Below, piece by piece: positions 59,152-64,000 of a stretch of 64,000 nucleotides of DNA. The position numbers and the translations under genes are program-made. Within the stretch, counting starts at the first letter, position 1; each line of letters starts with the position of its first letter. Below the pieces are notes generated by a model that was not told the DNA's origin, did no database searches, and saw only the letters and a program-made list of their open reading frames with translations. The stretch lies in NCBI GenBank assembly GCA_016235455.1, contig JACRKZ010000051.1, forward strand, positions 28,452-92,451. The letters run 5' to 3'. This DNA comes from Armatimonadota bacterium. Its GTDB lineage: Bacteria > Armatimonadota > UBA10988.

Positions 59152-60339
59152 GTGCTGCTCGGCTGCGCCGTTGGTGAGACGATCGTGCGACAGATACGCA
59201 GATTGCTTCGGTTGCGCAAGCTGATCAAGCTTCCCGCACTGCCTCAACGCAAGCCGCCCAACCCGACCAAGGAGATGCCGTTCACGCAGCATCTCGACGA
59301 GTTACGCTCCCATCTCATGCGCGTGCTCATCTACGTGATGGTCACCGGCTGCCTCATGTGGAGCCTGTACGATAGGTGGCTCGAGCAGATCTTCGTCAAG
59401 CCCATCGAGCGCGCCTTCATCGCCGCCAACATGAACGTGAAGCTGGTCTTCACGCACTTCCTGGACCCGCTGTTCTTCAAGCTGCAGGTCGTGGCCACGG
59501 CGGCCGTGCTGGTCACGCTGCCCTTCATCCTGTGGGAGATCTGGCGCTTCATCGCGCCCGGTCTGCACAAGGGCGAGCGCAAGAACCTCGGCCCGATGCT
59601 GCCCTTCAGCGTGTTGCTGGCCTTCGCGGGCTGCGGGATGGTGTATGTCATCGTCCCCTTCGCGGTGCAGTTCCTGCTGCAGTTCGTGCCCAAGGACCAA
59701 GCGTTCAGCATCTTCCAGGACCCCCAGAAGTACTACTACTTCTTCCTGCGGCTGATGCTCGGCTCGGCCATCGCCTTCCAGTCGCCGCTCGTCTTCATGG
59801 TTCTGGGCAAGCTGGAGTTGGTCTCGAGCAAGGGCATGGTCGGGTACTGGCGCCACGCCGTGCTGGTCAACTTCGTCGTGGCAGCGCTCATCACGCCAAC
59901 CATCGACCCGTTCAACATGAGCCTTGTCGCGCTGCCGCTGTGCTTCCTCTACTTCCTGAGCGTGGTGCTGGTGTGGTTCACCGAGCGCGGGCGCCGGCTG
60001 GCCGAGGCAGCCGCCGCCTTGGCCCGCGAGCGAGGACACGAACTCCACAACGATCCGCCGGCCGAGGTGCCCGTACCGCGTGCCGAACTGGAGTCGGCGG
60101 CCGCAGCCTATGAGGCGGTCACCGCCGCGCCGGTGCTGCCAGTCGAGCCGGACGTGGCGCCAGTGGTCGATGAGTATGGCTTCGACGCCGAGCCTGAGCC
60201 CGGTAGCGTGGAGCCCATCGAGGTCGTCGACCGCACCAACCTGGGGCCCGACGCCGCCCAGGTCACCGAGCCGCCGAAGTGGACAGCCCCGCAGCCGCCC
60301 ACCGATGAGGCGTTGTTCGACCCCGACTCCGATGACTGA
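59152..60339 (+). CDS. tatC: Twin-arginine translocase subunit TatC with an acidic Pro-rich tail (start uncertain)
   Basis: 'MPFTQHLDELR', 'WRFIAPGL', 'FQSP', 'ITPTIDP'. Confidence 0.92.
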   Translation: MLLGCAVGETIVRQIRRLLRLRKLIKLPALPQRKPPNPTKEMPFTQHLDELRSHLMRVLIYVMVTGCLMWSLYDRWLEQIFVKPIERAFIAANMNVKLVFTHFLDPLFFKLQVVATAAVLVTLPFILWEIWRFIAPGLHKGERKNLGPMLPFSVLLAFAGCGMVYVIVPFAVQFLLQFVPKDQAFSIFQDPQKYYYFFLRLMLGSAIAFQSPLVFMVLGKLELVSSKGMVGYWRHAVLVNFVVAALITPTIDPFNMSLVALPLCFLYFLSVVLVWFTERGRRLAEAAAALARERGHELHNDPPAEVPVPRAELESAAAAYEAVTAAPVLPVEPDVAPVVDEYGFDAEPEPGSVEPIEVVDRTNLGPDAAQVTEPPKWTAPQPPTDEALFDPDSDD

Positions 60340-61389
60340 GTCGCTCGCCGACCGCCTGGCTGGCGTGTTGCTGGGCATGGCCGTCGGCGACGCGCTCGGG
60401 CTGCCGCGCGAGCGGCTGGCCCCCGATCGCGCCGCGCGCCGCTTCGGCGGCCCGCCACTGGGCCACGCGTTCCTCTTCGGGCGGGGCATGGTCAGCGACG
60501 ACACTGAGCACGCCGCGCTCACTGCCCAGGCTTTTCTCGCCGCGCCACACGATGCCCTCGCCTTCCAGCGGCGACTCGCCTGGGGGCTGCGGTGGTGGCT
60601 GGCGGCACTGCCCGCCGGGCTGGGCAAAGCCACGCTGCGGGCCTGCGTGCGGCTGTGGCTGGGCGTGCCACCGGCCCGCGCCGGCGCCGTCAGCGCGGGC
60701 AACGGTCCGGCCATGCGCGCACCCATCCTGGGCGCTTGCCTGGCGGCCGATGCCAGCGCGCGCGAAGCCTATACCCGCGCCAGCACGTGCCTGACGCATC
60801 GCCACGACGAGGCCGATGACGGCGCGCTACTGATCGCCTTGGCCGCCGCTCGCGCCGTGGCGGCAGACGCCGCTTCGCTCTCGCCCGTCGAGCTGTGGTC
60901 CGAGTTGGCCGCCGCCGCGCGGACCGACGCGTTGGCCAGCCGCATGGCCCGCCTCGCGCCGTTGCTGGCGAGCGGTGAGCCGCCCACCGGCGCCGCGGCG
61001 GCGCTGGGCCTGGCAGGTGGCGTGACGGGTTACATCGCGCACACGGTGCCCATGGCGCTGTACTGCTGGCTGCACGCGCCGTCCGACCCGCGCGCCGCGG
61101 TGGAGGCGGCCATCGGCTTGGGTGGCGACACCGACACCGTGGCGGCTGTAGTGGGCGGTCTGGCCGGCGCGCTATGCGGCGAGTCGGCGTGGCCGCGCGA
61201 GTGGTTGGACGGCTTGTGGGAGTGGCCGCGCAGCGTGGCCTGGCTGCGCGACGTCGCCGACCGGCTGGCGCGCTCGGTGAGCGGCGAAGCAACGCCGGGA
61301 CCAGCGCCACTGGCGTGGTACCTGATCCCGGCGCGCAACGCCATCTTCCTCGCCGTCGTGCTGGCGCACGGCTTCCGGCGGATGCTGCC

Positions 61390-61393
<4 letters not shown>
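60332..61393 (+). CDS. ADP-ribosylglycohydrolase family protein
   Basis: 'GMAVGDALG', 'SDDT', 'GNGPAMR', 'GGDTDT'; start overlaps the tatC stop. Confidence 0.92.
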
Positions 61394-62088
<695 letters not shown>

Positions 62089-62137
62089 GACTGTTCTCCG
62101 ACGGCCGTCCGCCGGAAAACGCTGGGTGCATAGGCGT

Positions 62138-62228
62138 CCACGCTTCCCTACGGCGGTACGAACCGCATCAGGTTCAAAGGGTTGGGCGCTATGCCCTCTC
62201 AGCCGCGTGCGCGGCACCCCAGGACTGC
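62138..62228 (-). ncRNA. TPP (THI-box) riboswitch aptamer
   Basis: Minus strand: GGGGTGCCGC-GCAC-GCGGCTGAGA-GGGC..GCCC-AACCCTTTGAACCTGAT-GCGGT-TCGT-ACCGC-CGTAGGGAA; conserved THI elements and paired stems present. Confidence 0.92.
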
Positions 62229-62232
62229 ACTC

Positions 62233-62261
62233 ATGCTAGCGCTGGGCGGGGGTAGCGTCAA
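62233..62261 (-). promoter_or_regulatory. Sigma70-type promoter TTGACG-N17-TAGCAT driving the riboswitch leader
   Basis: Canonical spacing; predicted start at about 62226 coincides with the aptamer 5' end. Confidence 0.75.
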
Positions 62262-62360
62262 GGGCCGCGGCGGGAGGTGTTGGCACGATGGCCGGCGTCC
62301 CGCCCCCGCCGCGGTGCGCACGACAAGGCTTGGGTGCGGCCGATAGGGGTGCCCTACGCC

Positions 62361-64000
62361 ATGGCCAGTCTGTTCATCTCCCATAGCTCACTGGACGACG
62401 CCTTCGTGCTCCAGCTCCAACAGGCGCTCGGCGACTTGAAGCAGGACGTTTGGGTTGACTCGCGCGAGCTTCGAGCGGGCGATCCCCTTTGGCCGGAGAT
62501 CCAGAACGCCATCGACGAAGCCAGCGCCTACGCCATCCTCGTCAGCACGGAGTCGCTTCAGTCGAAATGGGTCGGCAAGGAACTGAAACACGCGCTCAAG
62601 CTCCGGGACGAGCGCGGCAAGGACCAGTTCCCCGTCATCCCACTCTCGCTGAACGACACCAAGCTCGGCGTGCTGGAGGAGTTCTTCGGCGATGAGCCGA
62701 TCTACATCCCTGTCACCAGCGACGCGGGCGGTGTCGATGCGGCCATCCATGCCATCCTCGTCGCCCTCGGCAGACGTCTGCCCACCGACATCGCCCCCAC
62801 TGCGCAGCCCCAAGCCGAGCCGCTCGAGGAACTCGTTCTCGAACTCACCGACCTCCAAGTCGCCATCGACGCAGAAGGCAAGCGCCGCGCCTCGGCCACC
62901 GCCCGCCTGGTCTACGAGCCCGCCACCACCGGGCAGCAGGTGGTCCACAGCCAGAGCCGCTGGCGATTCACCGCCCCCCTCGGCCCCATTGAGGCCGGGG
63001 AGCTCCGCTGGTATCTGGAGAAGTATGCCGTCTGGCCCAGCCACTACTTCCGCGACCGCGCCCAGCAGGTGGAAACGGATCTCGTGACATGGGGCACACT
63101 CCTCCACGAGGCCGCCATGCCCGCCGCCCATTGCGCCAACGTCATGGCCGAGTGGGCCAAGACAGGCAGCCACGCAGGCCGCCGCTTCTCCGTGTCCGTC
63201 GATCCCGCGCTCCTTGCCGGGGCTACCGAGGCGGAAATCATCGCCGCCAAGGAGGCCGCCACCCTCCTGCTCGGTCTGCCGTGGGAACTCCTCTACGATA
63301 CGGCGAAGAAGACCTTCCTCTTCCAAGGTGCCAAGGCCACCCGCGTTCGCCGCCGCCTGCCGTCCACCGAGGGCTTTGAGGTGCCCGTTGTTTCCCCGCC
63401 CATCCGCGTGCTGCTCGTCACCGCCCGGCCGGAGGATGATTCCTGCGGCTACATCGACCACCGCGTGAGTGCCCTGCCGCTGGTGGAGGCCATGGAGACC
63501 CTCGGCGGCCTGGTGGAAAACCACGTTCTCCAGCCCGCCACCGTCCCCGCCCTGCGCGATGAACTCGATCGCGCTCGCACGGCCCGCCGGCCCTACCACG
63601 TCGTTCACTTCGACGGCCACGGCGTCTATGATCCCACCGTCGGCCTCGGCGGCTTGTGCTTTGAGCAGCCGGAGGACGAGCACAAGCTGGCCGAGCGCCG
63701 CCACGTCACCGTCCATACCGATGAACTCGGCCCGCTGCTGCGCGACCACCGCATTCCGCTGGTCTTCCTGGAAGCCTGCCAGACCGCCATGGCGGAAAGG
63801 GCCTCCGAGTCCGTCGCCTCCGAGCTGCTCAAGGTCGGCGTCGCCTCGGTCGTGGCCATGAGCCACAGCGTGCTGGTGGAGACCGCCCGCCGCTTCGTCC
63901 GATCCTTCTACCAGGCCCTCGCCGCTGGCCAGCGTGTGGGCGATGCCATGCTCGCCGGTCAGCGCGATCTCCATGACAATTCTGCCCGCGGCCGCGTCTT
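62361..64000 (+). CDS. 3'-partial TIR-domain + CHAT (caspase-like) protein
   Basis: Hand-translated: MASLFISHSS..VWVD..SKWVGKEL (TIR); LPWELL, HVVHFDGHG, LVFLEACQT (CHAT His/Cys). Absent from the ORF track, consistent with no stop before the window end. Confidence 0.88.
   Translation, partial: MASLFISHSSLDDAFVLQLQQALGDLKQDVWVDSRELRAGDPLWPEIQNAIDEASAYAILVSTESLQSKWVGKELKHALKLRDERGKDQFPVIPLSLNDTKLGVLEEFFGDEPIYIPVTSDAGGVDAAIHAILVALGRRLPTDIAPTAQPQAEPLEELVLELTDLQVAIDAEGKRRASATARLVYEPATTGQQVVHSQSRWRFTAPLGPIEAGELRWYLEKYAVWPSHYFRDRAQQVETDLVTWGTLLHEAAMPAAHCANVMAEWAKTGSHAGRRFSVSVDPALLAGATEAEIIAAKEAATLLLGLPWELLYDTAKKTFLFQGAKATRVRRRLPSTEGFEVPVVSPPIRVLLVTARPEDDSCGYIDHRVSALPLVEAMETLGGLVENHVLQPATVPALRDELDRARTARRPYHVVHFDGHGVYDPTVGLGGLCFEQPEDEHKLAERRHVTVHTDELGPLLRDHRIPLVFLEACQTAMAERASESVASELLKVGVASVVAMSHSVLVETARRFVRSFYQALAAGQRVGDAMLAGQRDLHDNSARGRV

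Noticed and set aside
62388-63974. 528-aa minus-strand ORF
   Set aside because: Antisense shadow of the TIR-CHAT gene; no motifs of its own.

Overview
GC-rich bacterial window; the prepilin/H-X9-DG (DUF1559) gene and the many secreted glycan-active proteins suggest Armatimonadota or a PVC-like lineage (inference). 2.7-26.4 kb (minus strand): a repeated module of secreted proteins (three DUF3160 proteins, two fused to a TPR-like region and PQQ-type propeller; one free TPR/PQQ protein; two PEGA+TolB-like propeller partners), interleaved with a DUF4832 protein and a GH2-like enzyme, downstream of an orphan OmpR-family regulator. 27-44 kb: glycan-utilisation genes (Gfo/Idh/MocA, two GH95/DUF5703-like, DUF6067-like, sodium:solute symporter, SDR, GH50-like). 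46-56.5 kb: housekeeping run (miaB, GT-C glycosyltransferase, ricT, thyX, GNAT, mutM, GDPD, DUF1080, thioredoxin-NHL). Then four tandem Flp pilins, a MalK-type ATPase, tatC, an ADP-ribosylglycohydrolase, a TPP-riboswitch-led pilin-like DUF1559 gene, and a TIR-CHAT protein running off the right edge. Three or four single-base frameshifts may be sequencing errors. All family calls are from motif recognition by eye; no searches were run.
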